Assembly (NCBI GenBank): GCA_963832745.1
Contig: CAWHVC010000005.1
Span: 352,001 to 416,000, forward strand
Length of the DNA: 64,000 bases
Reading direction: 5' to 3'
Source of the DNA: Candidatus Bathyarchaeota archaeon
GTDB taxonomy: Archaea > Thermoproteota > Bathyarchaeia > Bathyarchaeales > Bathycorpusculaceae
The notes under the pieces are model-generated. The model ran no database searches. It was not told the origin of the DNA and saw only the letters and a list, made by a program, of their open reading frames with translations. The translations under genes were made by a program, and so were the position numbers. Shown here piece after piece: positions 19,484-29,088 of this stretch (positions are counted from its first letter, which is position 1; each line of letters begins with the position of its first letter).

Positions 19484-20257
19484 TTAAAGGTAGCTTGAAT
19501 CAAACGTGGGCTCAACAGTTACTTGTCCTAAAAGTTTCTCGGCAGCTTCTTGCTGCTCTTTAGTTCCCCAAATTCCAAGATAAACTGCTCCTTCAGCGCC
19601 ACAGATGCCGCCGGCAGCAATCAACTCCGCAGAAGCCCCAGTTAACTGCTTGATTGCGTCAAGTTCTGTGAAAACTTGGCCTGGAATGGGCATCAAACGG
19701 TAGCCGCCTGCGCCGGGAGTGTTGATTTTTTCTGATAAACATTGTAGGTCTCCGTTGACGCGTTTCTCTAATCCAACGGCTATGATTAGTTTTATTCTTC
19801 GTCCAAAAACTATGGGCAAGGATACACCGATTGTTCCTGCTTTGGGGTGACCAATCAAAAGCGCTGCCTGCTTGCGTTCAAGGTTAAGCGCGTTTGCGCC
19901 TTTAATGATAACATCGCCTTCTTTTAGGCTATCAGCGACATCGTTAATGGTTTTTCCTTTTTGCCACTCGCCTTTAGTGATGATTACGTCTCCGGGGAAT
20001 TGGTTTTCATCAACTAAGCGTCCTTCAGCGGAGAGACGCATGGCGGGTGGCAGGGTTAAGCCTCGGAAGAAGTGCTTTCTTGAAAAACCCTCGATGTTTA
20101 AGGTTTTGAGGAGTTCTTCAGCTACGTAACCGTTTGTGGTTCCCGCAATTATGACGAGCGTGCCGTTTTTTGCCGCGTCCTGAACAGTTGGGTTATGGGC
20201 TAAGGCTTTACCGATTAAACGTTTACCCGCTGATGAAGTTACTATGAACTGTTTCAT
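19484..20257 (-). CDS. conserved hypothetical alpha/beta protein
   Basis: 257-aa ORF with conserved-looking AGTTNGYVAEE, IKGANA, VGLEK, AAGGICGAEG; GAGG upstream. Confidence 0.75.
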   Translation of the reverse strand: MKQFIVTSSAGKRLIGKALAHNPTVQDAAKNGTLVIIAGTTNGYVAEELLKTLNIEGFSRKHFFRGLTLPPAMRLSAEGRLVDENQFPGDVIITKGEWQKGKTINDVADSLKEGDVIIKGANALNLERKQAALLIGHPKAGTIGVSLPIVFGRRIKLIIAVGLEKRVNGDLQCLSEKINTPGAGGYRLMPIPGQVFTELDAIKQLTGASAELIAAGGICGAEGAVYLGIWGTKEQQEAAEKLLGQVTVEPTFDSSYL

Positions 20258-20401
20258 TCTATGTCCTCATTAGAGTTTAATGATTTTTTCTAAATTAAAG
20301 TTAGCTCCAAACTGCCCTATTTTTTAGACCCTGTTTAGTCAAAGTTTCTTGACGAGAATCATTAAATATGGTCATCCGTCAAAGAAATAATTTGAGGCAC
20401 C

Positions 20402-22162
20402 ATGGACACTCTAAACCAAAAAATCAAAGAAACGATTCCCGCATGTATCATATTGGTGTTACTCTTAGCGTCATTTTCAACTTGCAGCCAAGAATTCGTC
20501 GGTGCTACTCCTATAGGATTTACGGGTGTCATTAGAATAAATGCTGACGGCTCAGTTGAGGGAACCGACAAGATAAGCATAAACGGAAACGTTTACACCC
20601 TTACGGGTGACATAACAGGCGGCGTTGAGGATGGAGCGATTTTTATCACAATTGATCGTGATGGGATAGTTTTTGATGGTGCAGGAAAAACAATTCAGGG
20701 AACAAACGGCGGCACAGCAATCGGACTTTATGGAAGAAGTGACGTCACAATTAAGAACCTGAAAATCGTTAATTTTGGAACAGGCATCGAACTTTATACA
20801 TACAGTCTCGATTCTAACTCGACTGCTTCAAACAACCGCATAATTGATAATTATTTTGAAACTAAATATTGGGCAATTGACCTCCGCGGAGTTAAAGGGC
20901 TTGTTTCAGGGAACAAGTTTATCTCAAAAAACAGCATGTATGGGGTAAACTTCTGGGCTAACGAAACCAGTTTTACCAACAACATGTTTACTAACGGTGG
21001 TCTCACTTTCAACACTCCTGGAATTTTAAACGTGTTTTCAGACAACACAATTAACGGTAAGCCTTTGGTGGTTCTTGAGGGGCAGTCTAACCAGATTGTT
21101 GATGGCGCCAATCAAGTGGTTCTCATTAACTGCAAAAATATGGTGATTCAAAACGTTGTTGATGTACGTTTAAGGCAGTCTATACTTCTTTTTGGGACAA
21201 CTGACACTAAGGTTACCAATTGTACAACGAGAAACGTAATGCTGACGAATTCCCACAGTAACACTTTAATCGGTAACGAATTCTCCGAAACAGCCTTCAT
21301 GGGTGGTTATGGCACTGCGGCAGTGAAACTTTTGTCGTCGCATAACAACACAATAACTCAGAACTCGCTGAAGGGAACAGGTTGCTACGGTATTATTCTT
21401 ACAGGGTCAGGATACAATAAGATAGAAAATAACAACATCACTTCAACCAGCTCTGACCGTGCAGGCATACTTCTGGAATCTGCTGGCTGTGAATACAATT
21501 ACGTTTATGAAAACAAAATAACCTCAGAAGCATACGGAATCTATCTGCAGACCGGTGCCGAACACAATGTTTTCTTCAAAAACAGCATTAACAACTGCAA
21601 AGACAGCCTCATGATGAGCGGTTCATTATTTAACGATTTTTTGGGGAACACTTTTTCTGGGGCAAGCCAATATGTCGTCTATCTTGGTGGGTCAGATCAT
21701 AATAATTTTGTTTGGAACAGCTTCGAAGGCAACACAGTAGTTGTGGAAGCACATGAGATGTACTGGATGAGCTTCACAAACGGGTCTTATTACGCTGAGT
21801 ACACTAAGTGGGATAACGGCAAAGAAGGCAACTACTGGAGCGACTATAATGGCTCAGACATGAACGGTGACGGCATAGGCGAAACACCATATCACGTTTA
21901 CGAAAACTTCACCGACAACTATCCGTTAACGAAACCGTATGATGCGATCAAAATTCATGTTGACTTCAAAGAATGGAATTCTACAATCGCTCCTACAGCA
22001 TCCGTAGACCCGCAGGTTTCGACAACTGAAACCCCGATGCCCACCCCGTCGCCTAACAGTTTTCCAGTAATGCCTGCGCTTACTGCTGGCGGCGTAATTG
22101 CAGTTGCCTGTGCCGTTTTGCTGTGGCATTTCAAAAAAGCGTCTAAAATAGGTTTAAGCTAA
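20402..22162 (+). CDS. secreted right-handed beta-helix (NosD/CASH-like) surface protein with C-terminal membrane anchor
   Basis: Signal peptide, IRINADGSVEGT, Asn-rich GI.L repeats, WDNGKEGNYWSDY..D.NGDGIGETPY..DNYPL, Pro/Thr linker, TM helix with basic tail. Confidence 0.88.
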   Translation: MDTLNQKIKETIPACIILVLLLASFSTCSQEFVGATPIGFTGVIRINADGSVEGTDKISINGNVYTLTGDITGGVEDGAIFITIDRDGIVFDGAGKTIQGTNGGTAIGLYGRSDVTIKNLKIVNFGTGIELYTYSLDSNSTASNNRIIDNYFETKYWAIDLRGVKGLVSGNKFISKNSMYGVNFWANETSFTNNMFTNGGLTFNTPGILNVFSDNTINGKPLVVLEGQSNQIVDGANQVVLINCKNMVIQNVVDVRLRQSILLFGTTDTKVTNCTTRNVMLTNSHSNTLIGNEFSETAFMGGYGTAAVKLLSSHNNTITQNSLKGTGCYGIILTGSGYNKIENNNITSTSSDRAGILLESAGCEYNYVYENKITSEAYGIYLQTGAEHNVFFKNSINNCKDSLMMSGSLFNDFLGNTFSGASQYVVYLGGSDHNNFVWNSFEGNTVVVEAHEMYWMSFTNGSYYAEYTKWDNGKEGNYWSDYNGSDMNGDGIGETPYHVYENFTDNYPLTKPYDAIKIHVDFKEWNSTIAPTASVDPQVSTTETPMPTPSPNSFPVMPALTAGGVIAVACAVLLWHFKKASKIGLS

Positions 22163-22230
22163 AGAATAATAATAAAAAATTAAAAAAGAATAAAAGATTT
22201 AAACGAAGTTAAAGATGCAAAAGCTTGCGC

Positions 22231-22374
22231 TTAGTATCTTCGTGGTGGTCTTCGTTTTGCGTAGCACTCGCGGCAGTAAACTGGCCTGCTACCGTCTGGC
22301 TTGAAAGGAACATCACATTCTTTTCCGCAGTCTGCGCAGGTTGCCTTGTGCATCTCTCTGTTACCGTATGACAT
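22231..22374 (-). CDS. CxxC-x17-CxxC zinc-ribbon microprotein (47 aa, below the ORF-track cut-off)
   Basis: Hand translation MSYGNREMHKATCADCGKECDVPFKPDGSRPVYCRECYAKRRPPRRY; AGGAG upstream; TTTATAAG box at about 22451-22458. Confidence 0.92.
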   Translation of the reverse strand: MSYGNREMHKATCADCGKECDVPFKPDGSRPVYCRECYAKRRPPRRY

Positions 22375-22645
22375 ATTCGCTATTTCAACTCCTACTATAT
22401 TCGAGTGTAAGAACTTCTTCTCACACGAAATACAACATGTGGCAACGACACTTATAAACTGATGCCTTGTGAACTTTGATATATCCTAAAGAAAAGATGA
22501 AAATTTCCTTTAACAAAAAAATTGTAGAGAACAGAAAGTAAGCGAGGAAGCTCTGTATAGAGAAAAATATTGTTTTCTTTTTATGGTTAAAATTGGTATT
22601 TTGCGTTTAACCTTAAATATTAGACTTTGCAGATTTGAATACAGA

Positions 22646-22712
22646 AGCTTTCGCCTCATCTTAAAGCCCAGAATACATTTTTGGGTGAATTCAGGGCAAA
22701 AGCTCGTTTTTT
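22646..22712 (+). ncRNA. candidate structured RNA or attenuator hairpin followed by a T-tract
   Basis: AGCTTTCGCCT/GGGCAAAAGCT outer stem, GCCCAGAA/TTTTGGGT inner stem; TTAAATA box at about 22613. Confidence 0.35.
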
Positions 22713-22839
22713 AACAGTCAACCTAATATAGGAAGACTGCCAAATGTATTATAATTGTTTGGATTCTTGAGAAAAGGAACCGAAGCTTAGTTCACTTTTT
22801 CTCTGTTTCTAAAAAAGTAAAATGATTGGAGGGGGAAAT

Positions 22840-23484
22840 TTGAGACAAAAGAAATCCACTTTAGGCGAACATCTTGCCCTTGTATCAGTTAAATATAACG
22901 TTTACCCGGCTGAAGTTGTTCAAGCATTAATTGATGCCAGAGAAGCCGGTAAATCTACTTGCGGCGAACTCTCAGTAGAGTACCGCGGAAAAGCAAAAGA
23001 CGAAATAATCTTTTTAATCAAAAAAGACGAAAGCGTTGTCGCCCAATTCAAAGTTGACGAAGAATTCCTTTCTAGGAATAACGATGCCTCTTTTGAAAAT
23101 TACATGAGCACCGACAAGATACGCAAAAAAATTGCTAAACAAAACACCGACACAATCTTTAGCACTGTACAAGAATTACGTTCAGGCATGAAACATATAA
23201 ACCTCAAAGCCAAAGTCCAAGAAATACCAAAACCCGCACAAGTACACACACAATTCGGCAACACAGCAATGGTTGTAAACGCGTTGATCGGCGATGAAAC
23301 AGGCACCGTTAAACTATGTCTTTGGGAAGGACAAATTAATTCTGTCGCTTTAGGCGATGAAATTGAAATCAGAAATGCACAAGTTTGTCTTTTTAGAGGC
23401 GAAAAACAGTTGAGGCTTGGCAAAAACGGTGCAATCACCGTATTAAACTCAACTGAAGCAGCACCAACAATCGTGGCAAAGTAA
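22840..23484 (+). CDS. OB-fold single-stranded nucleic-acid-binding protein (SSB/RPA-like) with an extra N-terminal domain
   Basis: C-terminal INLKAKV, IGDETGTVKLCLW, GDEIEIRNA, QLRLGKNG; TTG after GGAGGGGG. Confidence 0.85.
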   Translation: MRQKKSTLGEHLALVSVKYNVYPAEVVQALIDAREAGKSTCGELSVEYRGKAKDEIIFLIKKDESVVAQFKVDEEFLSRNNDASFENYMSTDKIRKKIAKQNTDTIFSTVQELRSGMKHINLKAKVQEIPKPAQVHTQFGNTAMVVNALIGDETGTVKLCLWEGQINSVALGDEIEIRNAQVCLFRGEKQLRLGKNGAITVLNSTEAAPTIVAK

Positions 23485-23497
23485 ATTTAACGTTATT

Positions 23498-23740
23498 TTA
23501 GGCAGTGACGGGTTTTTCCGTGCGGCCTTTCCAGCTTTCTCTTCGACGTGACCACGCCTGTTTTGAGTTACTATTTTTGTCTGTTTTTTGACTTCTTGGT
23601 TGTCTGGAACCCGAACTGGAACGATGTTTAGCTAAACATTCTTTGCAGTAAACTGGTTTTCCAGCTGTTGGTTTAAAGGGGACCGTTGCGGTTTTGCCAC
23701 AATCAGAACATTTAATTTCCGTCATTACCCGTTCAGACAT
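23498..23740 (-). CDS. CxxC-x17-CxxC zinc-ribbon protein with basic tail
   Basis: CSDCGKTATVPFKPTAGKPVYCKEC. Confidence 0.9.
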   Translation of the reverse strand: MSERVMTEIKCSDCGKTATVPFKPTAGKPVYCKECLAKHRSSSGSRQPRSQKTDKNSNSKQAWSRRRESWKGRTEKPVTA

Positions 23741-23844
23741 ATCAAAAACCCATCATTTTTTCAAGATTAAAAAAGCTTGTATTTCTAGAGTTCCCGATTG
23801 ACTTAAACGTTTGTATACCTTGATTTGTTGTAACGTGAAAATGC

Positions 23845-24219
23845 ATGAAACCCACGATTGTTAAAGCCAGCAGTCTAAACGAGTACCTTACACCTGAGCG
23901 TTGTTTTATTGCAGAAAATTATGGTTCAAGTGACGGTAAAGTCTCCGTTGCCATAGCCCGAGTGAAACCAGGGGTCACTACCGTTGCTCATCATCTTGAA
24001 GGTATAGAAGAAATTTACATAATCACCGAAGGCAAAGGTGTCATGGAAACAAAAGGCATGGAGCCAGCCGAAGTTACAGTGGGTGACGTAGTAATCATTC
24101 CAGACGGCGTTTCTCAACGGATAAAGAACACGGGTGGTTGTGACTTGGTTTTTTACTGTGTTTGCACGCCAAGGTTTGTGCAAGAGTGTTATTTCAGTGA
24201 TGAACCTGCCGATAAGTAA
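23845..24219 (+). CDS. cupin domain protein
   Basis: HHLEGIEEIYIITEGKG, GDVVIIP..VSQRIKNTG. Confidence 0.88.
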   Translation: MKPTIVKASSLNEYLTPERCFIAENYGSSDGKVSVAIARVKPGVTTVAHHLEGIEEIYIITEGKGVMETKGMEPAEVTVGDVVIIPDGVSQRIKNTGGCDLVFYCVCTPRFVQECYFSDEPADK

Positions 24220-24359
24220 CCCTACTTTTGTTTGCATTATTAGGCCCCTGTTGAAGTTAACAGGACAAATAATTTGTGAATCTCATCTTTAACTTAGCAA
24301 TCCTTTTATAATCCCCCTCGCTTGTAGGGCGAAAATAAAATGTTGCCTGGTCTTACATT

Positions 24360-26102
24360 ATGGTTCAATACAAATGGGTGGCATTGTCAAATACTACCAT
24401 CGGAACGTTAATGGCTTCAATCGACGTCACGATTGTCCTCATCGCGTTGCCCTCAATTTTTAACGGCATAAAATTAGACCCTTTCTCATCCTTTCAGTAC
24501 CTGCTATGGATGATGTTCGGCTACAGCATCGTAACCGCAACCCTGCTAGTAACATTTGGGCGCCTTTCGGACATTTTTGGACGCGTTAGACTTTACAATT
24601 TGGGTTTTGCCATATTCACGGCGGGCTCGATACTGCTTTCAATAACGCCACATACAGGCGAACTTGGTGCAATGGAACTAATCATTTTCAGAATCATTCA
24701 AGGAGTCGGAGCAGCATTCTTGTTCTCTAACAGCGCAGCCATTCTAACCGATGCTTTCCCAGAAAATGAACGCGGAAAAGCTTTGGGCATCAACCAAATC
24801 AGCTTCCTTGTAGGTTCCCTTGTCGGTTTGGTCTTGGGCGGTGTACTTGCGGTTTACGATTGGCGACTGGTTTTCCTTGTCAGCGTACCTGTAGGCATAG
24901 TTGGCACAATCTGGTCATATTGGAAACTAAAAGAGCAACATGTTTCAAAGCGTAAGCAAAGCATTGACCTTTGGGGCAACATAACCTTCGGTGCAGGCTT
25001 AATCCTTCTATTGCTAGGTATAACGTATGGTTTAACTCCGTACGGAGATTCACCAATGGGTTGGGGTAACCCCATGGTTATTCTTTCACTTGCCATTGGT
25101 GCAGCTTTACTGATTGCTTTCCCATTCGTAGAAAGCCGCGTTAAAGACCCCATGTTCCGCCTAGACCTATTCAAAGTACGTAGTTTTAGCGCAGGCAACA
25201 TAGCCAACTTCTTAAGCTCAATGTCCCGTGGTGGAGTCATGATTATGCTTGTCGTGCTTCTGCAGGGCATTTGGCTGCCGCTTCACGGTTTCAGTTATGA
25301 GGACGCACCGTTTTGGGCGGGCATCTTTATGATTCCAATGACTCTTGGTGTTGCTCTTACAGGTCCAATCAGCGGTTGGCTTTCCGACAAGTATGGTGCA
25401 AGAACTTTCGCTACAGTCGGTATGGTAATAACTGGTTCAACTTTCCTAATGTTCCTGTTGTTGCCTGCAAACTTTGACTATTTGCCCTTCGCGTTAATCC
25501 TGTTTATTATGGGCTTAGGCAACGGCATTTTCATGTCGCCAAACATGGCATCCATCATGAATTCAGTACCAGCGGAACACAGAGGCGCAGCATCCGGCAT
25601 GCGTTCAACACTGCAAAACTGTGGACAAACAATCAGCCAAGCCATATTCTTCTCAATAATAATCATATCCCTAAACGCAACCTTGCCAGCAGCGCTTTCA
25701 GGAGCTGCATTAAACGTTGGCGCTCCACAGCAAATAGCAGACATCTTCGCTTCCACACCTGCCTCTGGTGCATTGTTTGCTGCTTTCCTCGGCTACAACC
25801 CAATAGGTACAATGCTTCATGCTTTAGGTCCAGCTTTAACTTCGACATTGCCGCAAAGCGCTCTTGCAGTTTTAACAGGGCAAACGTTCTTCCCTAACGC
25901 TATTGCTTCACCATTCATGAGTGCGTTACGTGAAGCTTTCCTGTTCGCCGCTGTACTATGCTTCCTTGCCGCTGCATGCTCAGCTATGAGTGGAAAAAGA
26001 TACATCTACAAAGAAAAAGACGTAACAGTTCCGGCGAAGGAGAAAGAGCAAATTGAGCTTGAAGCCGTGGTAAAAACTGTTACTGCTACTTCTTCAGAGT
26101 AG
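24360..26102 (+). CDS. MFS transporter, DHA2 (EmrB/QacA-like)
   Basis: DVTIVLIALP, FGRLSDIFGR, RIIQGVG, about 14 TM segments. Confidence 0.93.
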   Translation: MVQYKWVALSNTTIGTLMASIDVTIVLIALPSIFNGIKLDPFSSFQYLLWMMFGYSIVTATLLVTFGRLSDIFGRVRLYNLGFAIFTAGSILLSITPHTGELGAMELIIFRIIQGVGAAFLFSNSAAILTDAFPENERGKALGINQISFLVGSLVGLVLGGVLAVYDWRLVFLVSVPVGIVGTIWSYWKLKEQHVSKRKQSIDLWGNITFGAGLILLLLGITYGLTPYGDSPMGWGNPMVILSLAIGAALLIAFPFVESRVKDPMFRLDLFKVRSFSAGNIANFLSSMSRGGVMIMLVVLLQGIWLPLHGFSYEDAPFWAGIFMIPMTLGVALTGPISGWLSDKYGARTFATVGMVITGSTFLMFLLLPANFDYLPFALILFIMGLGNGIFMSPNMASIMNSVPAEHRGAASGMRSTLQNCGQTISQAIFFSIIIISLNATLPAALSGAALNVGAPQQIADIFASTPASGALFAAFLGYNPIGTMLHALGPALTSTLPQSALAVLTGQTFFPNAIASPFMSALREAFLFAAVLCFLAAACSAMSGKRYIYKEKDVTVPAKEKEQIELEAVVKTVTATSSE

Positions 26103-26751
26103 CCACATACTCTTTTACTTTCTTAGAAGCATCCATCGTTAAAGGCTCTTTGTGCCCGCTAAGCAAGACATCAAAATCAAATCTCGTCAACTTGCTTAGG
26201 CTTTCTTTTGCAAGTTCCAAGTCTCCAGCAAATTTCTCGTCAGGACCCTCAACTTCTCCGTCACCGTAAAATATGGCGTCACCCGCAAACAAGACTTTTC
26301 TTTTGGCATCAAAAAGAGCAATGCTTCCCGGCGTATGACCCGGCACATGAATCACCTGTAAGCCTTCAATCATGTCGCCTTCTTTAAGCAGTATGTCTGG
26401 TTCAACAGGGGCGGCCTTTACGACGCCTGCGGCTCTTGAAAGCAAACTTTTAGGTTTAGGCGGCGACTTCTTATGTGTTACAAAATCTGCATCCGCTTCA
26501 TGTACAGCCACTTTTGCGCCTGTTTCATCCTTTAGTTTTTTAGCGTTTCCAGTATGGTCAATATGATAATGCGTGATTATGATAGTGGAAACAGCTGAAA
26601 GGTTAAAACCCAATTTTTTGATGTAATCCTCAATTTTTCCAGCGCTTCTAAAAAACCCCGTATCAATAAGCGTCAACTTGTCCCCATTCACGATTAGGTA
26701 AACGTTGGCCATGACACCGTCAATCTGATGAACATCCTTAACAATCTCCAA
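26086..26751 (-). CDS. MBL-fold metallo-hydrolase
   Basis: LIDTG, THYHIDHTG, PGHTPGS, FAGDA, SGH. Confidence 0.92.
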   Translation of the reverse strand: MEIVKDVHQIDGVMANVYLIVNGDKLTLIDTGFFRSAGKIEDYIKKLGFNLSAVSTIIITHYHIDHTGNAKKLKDETGAKVAVHEADADFVTHKKSPPKPKSLLSRAAGVVKAAPVEPDILLKEGDMIEGLQVIHVPGHTPGSIALFDAKRKVLFAGDAIFYGDGEVEGPDEKFAGDLELAKESLSKLTRFDFDVLLSGHKEPLTMDASKKVKEYVATLKK

Positions 26752-26766
26752 AACAACGTCTCCCTT

Positions 26767-27519
26767 TTAGCTTTCAATCTCCCGAACAAGCTTAACAATT
26801 TGCTCGACCACATAAGCATTGATTTTTTGGCCCTTCTCCACTGTGGCTGCTGTGGGGTCGCCATGCACGCCAGTGGGGAAATACTTTTCCGGATGCAAAA
26901 CCACCTCAAACCTTGGCATGTCATAATGACTTGGAACTCCCTTAGATTTTATCAAGTCAGGACGAATAGCCATAACCCGTGCGGTTTCAATTGTGCCTGC
27001 ATGTCCATCGCTTGGGTCAGCTAACTCAGCGGATAGTTCGCCTGCGAAATCGTAATCTGACAAAACCATAATCCGTGTATGTTGTTTGCCGTTTTCTTCT
27101 CCATTCTGCTTTACGACTTCTTGTGCTGCAAGCCGCAATGCGACCATGTGGGAGGAGCCTGCGTGACCGCTAAGAACAATAATGCGGTTAAACCCGTTGC
27201 GGGCAAGCTCAGAAAGAATGTCTTTAGCTAAGTTGAATAGTGTGTCAAATTGGATGGTTAGACTTCCAGGAAAATTGCGTCCAGCGTTAACTATGCCATA
27301 ACGGAAAGGCGGCGCCACCAAACAGCCTGTTCTACGGGCGACCTCAAGAGCTATGTATTCCGGTTGAACGCTGTCAGTACACAATGGCAAATGTTCGCCG
27401 TGTTCTTCAACGCTGCCAACAGGAAAAATGACGACTTTGCCCTCTTTAGCGGCTTCTGCAGCTTCAATCGTGCTTAACTCGTCAAGCCACAAATGCCCCT
27501 TTTTGTCAATGTTTGTCAT
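26767..27519 (-). CDS. creatininase family protein
   Basis: PVGSVEEHGEHLPLCTD, SGHAG, HAGTIET, GVHGDP. Confidence 0.92.
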   Translation of the reverse strand: MTNIDKKGHLWLDELSTIEAAEAAKEGKVVIFPVGSVEEHGEHLPLCTDSVQPEYIALEVARRTGCLVAPPFRYGIVNAGRNFPGSLTIQFDTLFNLAKDILSELARNGFNRIIVLSGHAGSSHMVALRLAAQEVVKQNGEENGKQHTRIMVLSDYDFAGELSAELADPSDGHAGTIETARVMAIRPDLIKSKGVPSHYDMPRFEVVLHPEKYFPTGVHGDPTAATVEKGQKINAYVVEQIVKLVREIES

Positions 27520-27640
27520 AAATGATAGCTGGTGAATGGAGAATTTTTATTTTACGGCAACCCAGAAACAGTGCTTGCTCTTACACGTTTTTTAATGTCT
27601 TGACCTTTAACATAAGCAACGTTTATGGAGAGACTTTCAA

Positions 27641-28783
27641 CTGAAAAAGCGTTGGGCAGCCCTCATAGCGGCAATTCTAATCGTTGCTTTAGCCTCCTCA
27701 ATTTTGTACCATTCCTTAAGCAGCGGGCCATCCAAACAAACCTACGTTGGTGTGGCTTTCTGCGGCGACACCGTAGACCAAGCTAAACAGTTAATCGACC
27801 GCGTCAAAAACTACACTAACCTATTCATTTTGCAGTCAGGTCCCATAAGCATGGATGAAAACGCAACGAGAGACGCCTGCGACTACGCAGTGAATAACGG
27901 ATTGAACATCATTGTTTATTTTGGTGATTTGGCACCCCGAGTTTTGGCTGAAAAAGGTCTTGAATGGCGAACCGCTTTTGTCAACTCGGCGCAGACGCGT
28001 TATGGCGAACGGTTCTTAGGGGTTTATTATTATGATGAGCGTGGCGGAATCTATCTTGACACAGACAAGAACTCAACAAACTGGACTTTGCCAGCTAACT
28101 CAACGTATAGTTCAGTTGCTCAAACATTTGCTAACGGTTTCTTGCGGGAAGGTGGAACAGTTAACCTAAAAGCCGCAAACGTTCCTATCTTCGCTTCGGA
28201 CTATGCTCTTTACTGGTTTGATTATAAGTCGGGTTATGATGTTATGCTTGCCCAAATCGGCTGGAACCACAGTTTAACTCAAGACATCGCCTTGCTTCGT
28301 GGCGCCGCCCACATGCAAAACAAGGACTGGGGCATCATTATAACTTGGAAATACAGTCAAACGCCGTACCTTGACACTGGAGAAGAAATTTATCAACAAA
28401 TGTTAACGAGCTACAAGGCAGGAGCAAAATACATCACAATCTTCAACTATCCATATGAAAATGCAACTGGTTACGGCACAATGACTAACGAGCACTTCGA
28501 GGCCCTACAAAGGCTTTGGAATACTATAAATCACGAAACTGTTGAGCCAATTAAGGCTGATGCCGTTTTGGTTTTACCTAAAGATTACGGGTTTGGCATG
28601 CGCAACTCCGACGATACAATTTGGGGTTTCTGGGGTCCTGACCAGTACACGCGGCAAGTCTGGAGTGTTTCTCAAGCTTTGTTGACGCAGTACGGTACCG
28701 GTTTAGACATAATCTATGATGACCCGAATTACCCTTTAAATGGACAATACAGCAATGTGTACTTCTGGAATAGCACTTTGTAA
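27641..28783 (+). CDS. membrane-anchored or secreted hypothetical protein (possibly TIM-barrel glycosidase-like)
   Basis: Frame extends upstream of the ORF-track start to CTG 27641, adding KKRWAALIAAILIVALASSIL; aromatic-rich body (GVYYYDE, SDYALYWFDY). Confidence 0.75.
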   Translation: MKKRWAALIAAILIVALASSILYHSLSSGPSKQTYVGVAFCGDTVDQAKQLIDRVKNYTNLFILQSGPISMDENATRDACDYAVNNGLNIIVYFGDLAPRVLAEKGLEWRTAFVNSAQTRYGERFLGVYYYDERGGIYLDTDKNSTNWTLPANSTYSSVAQTFANGFLREGGTVNLKAANVPIFASDYALYWFDYKSGYDVMLAQIGWNHSLTQDIALLRGAAHMQNKDWGIIITWKYSQTPYLDTGEEIYQQMLTSYKAGAKYITIFNYPYENATGYGTMTNEHFEALQRLWNTINHETVEPIKADAVLVLPKDYGFGMRNSDDTIWGFWGPDQYTRQVWSVSQALLTQYGTGLDIIYDDPNYPLNGQYSNVYFWNSTL

Positions 28784-28843
28784 CCGAGGGGCAAGCAATA
28801 CGTTTTTACGATTTTTCAACATTTACCTTTGCGAGGACGCTAA

Positions 28844-29035
28844 ATGAGAGGAGAATTCAAAAACCGCATAGACGCTTTAGGTCTTGATGAGGAAACAAAA
28901 CAGAAACTGCTCAAAATAATTGAAGAAGCCGGCGCAGAATATCCCTGTCTGCTTTGCTCTTCAAATGATGATTGTGAAAACTTCAAATGGTACCTTAAAT
29001 GGTTCAGCAACAAAGTAGACAACGACCCCTTCTAA
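28844..29035 (+). CDS. small Cys-motif protein
   Basis: GAGGA upstream of ATG; PCLLCSSNDDCENFKWY. Confidence 0.65.
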   Translation: MRGEFKNRIDALGLDEETKQKLLKIIEEAGAEYPCLLCSSNDDCENFKWYLKWFSNKVDNDPF

Positions 29036-29088
29036 AAACGGTTAAATAGTGAATTAACTGACCAATAGTTTAGGGAAGGCTGAACCTT

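Noticed and set aside
20402-22162. NosD as part of nitrous oxide reduction
   Set aside because: No nosZ/F/Y nearby; the architecture is that of a generic anchored beta-helix surface protein
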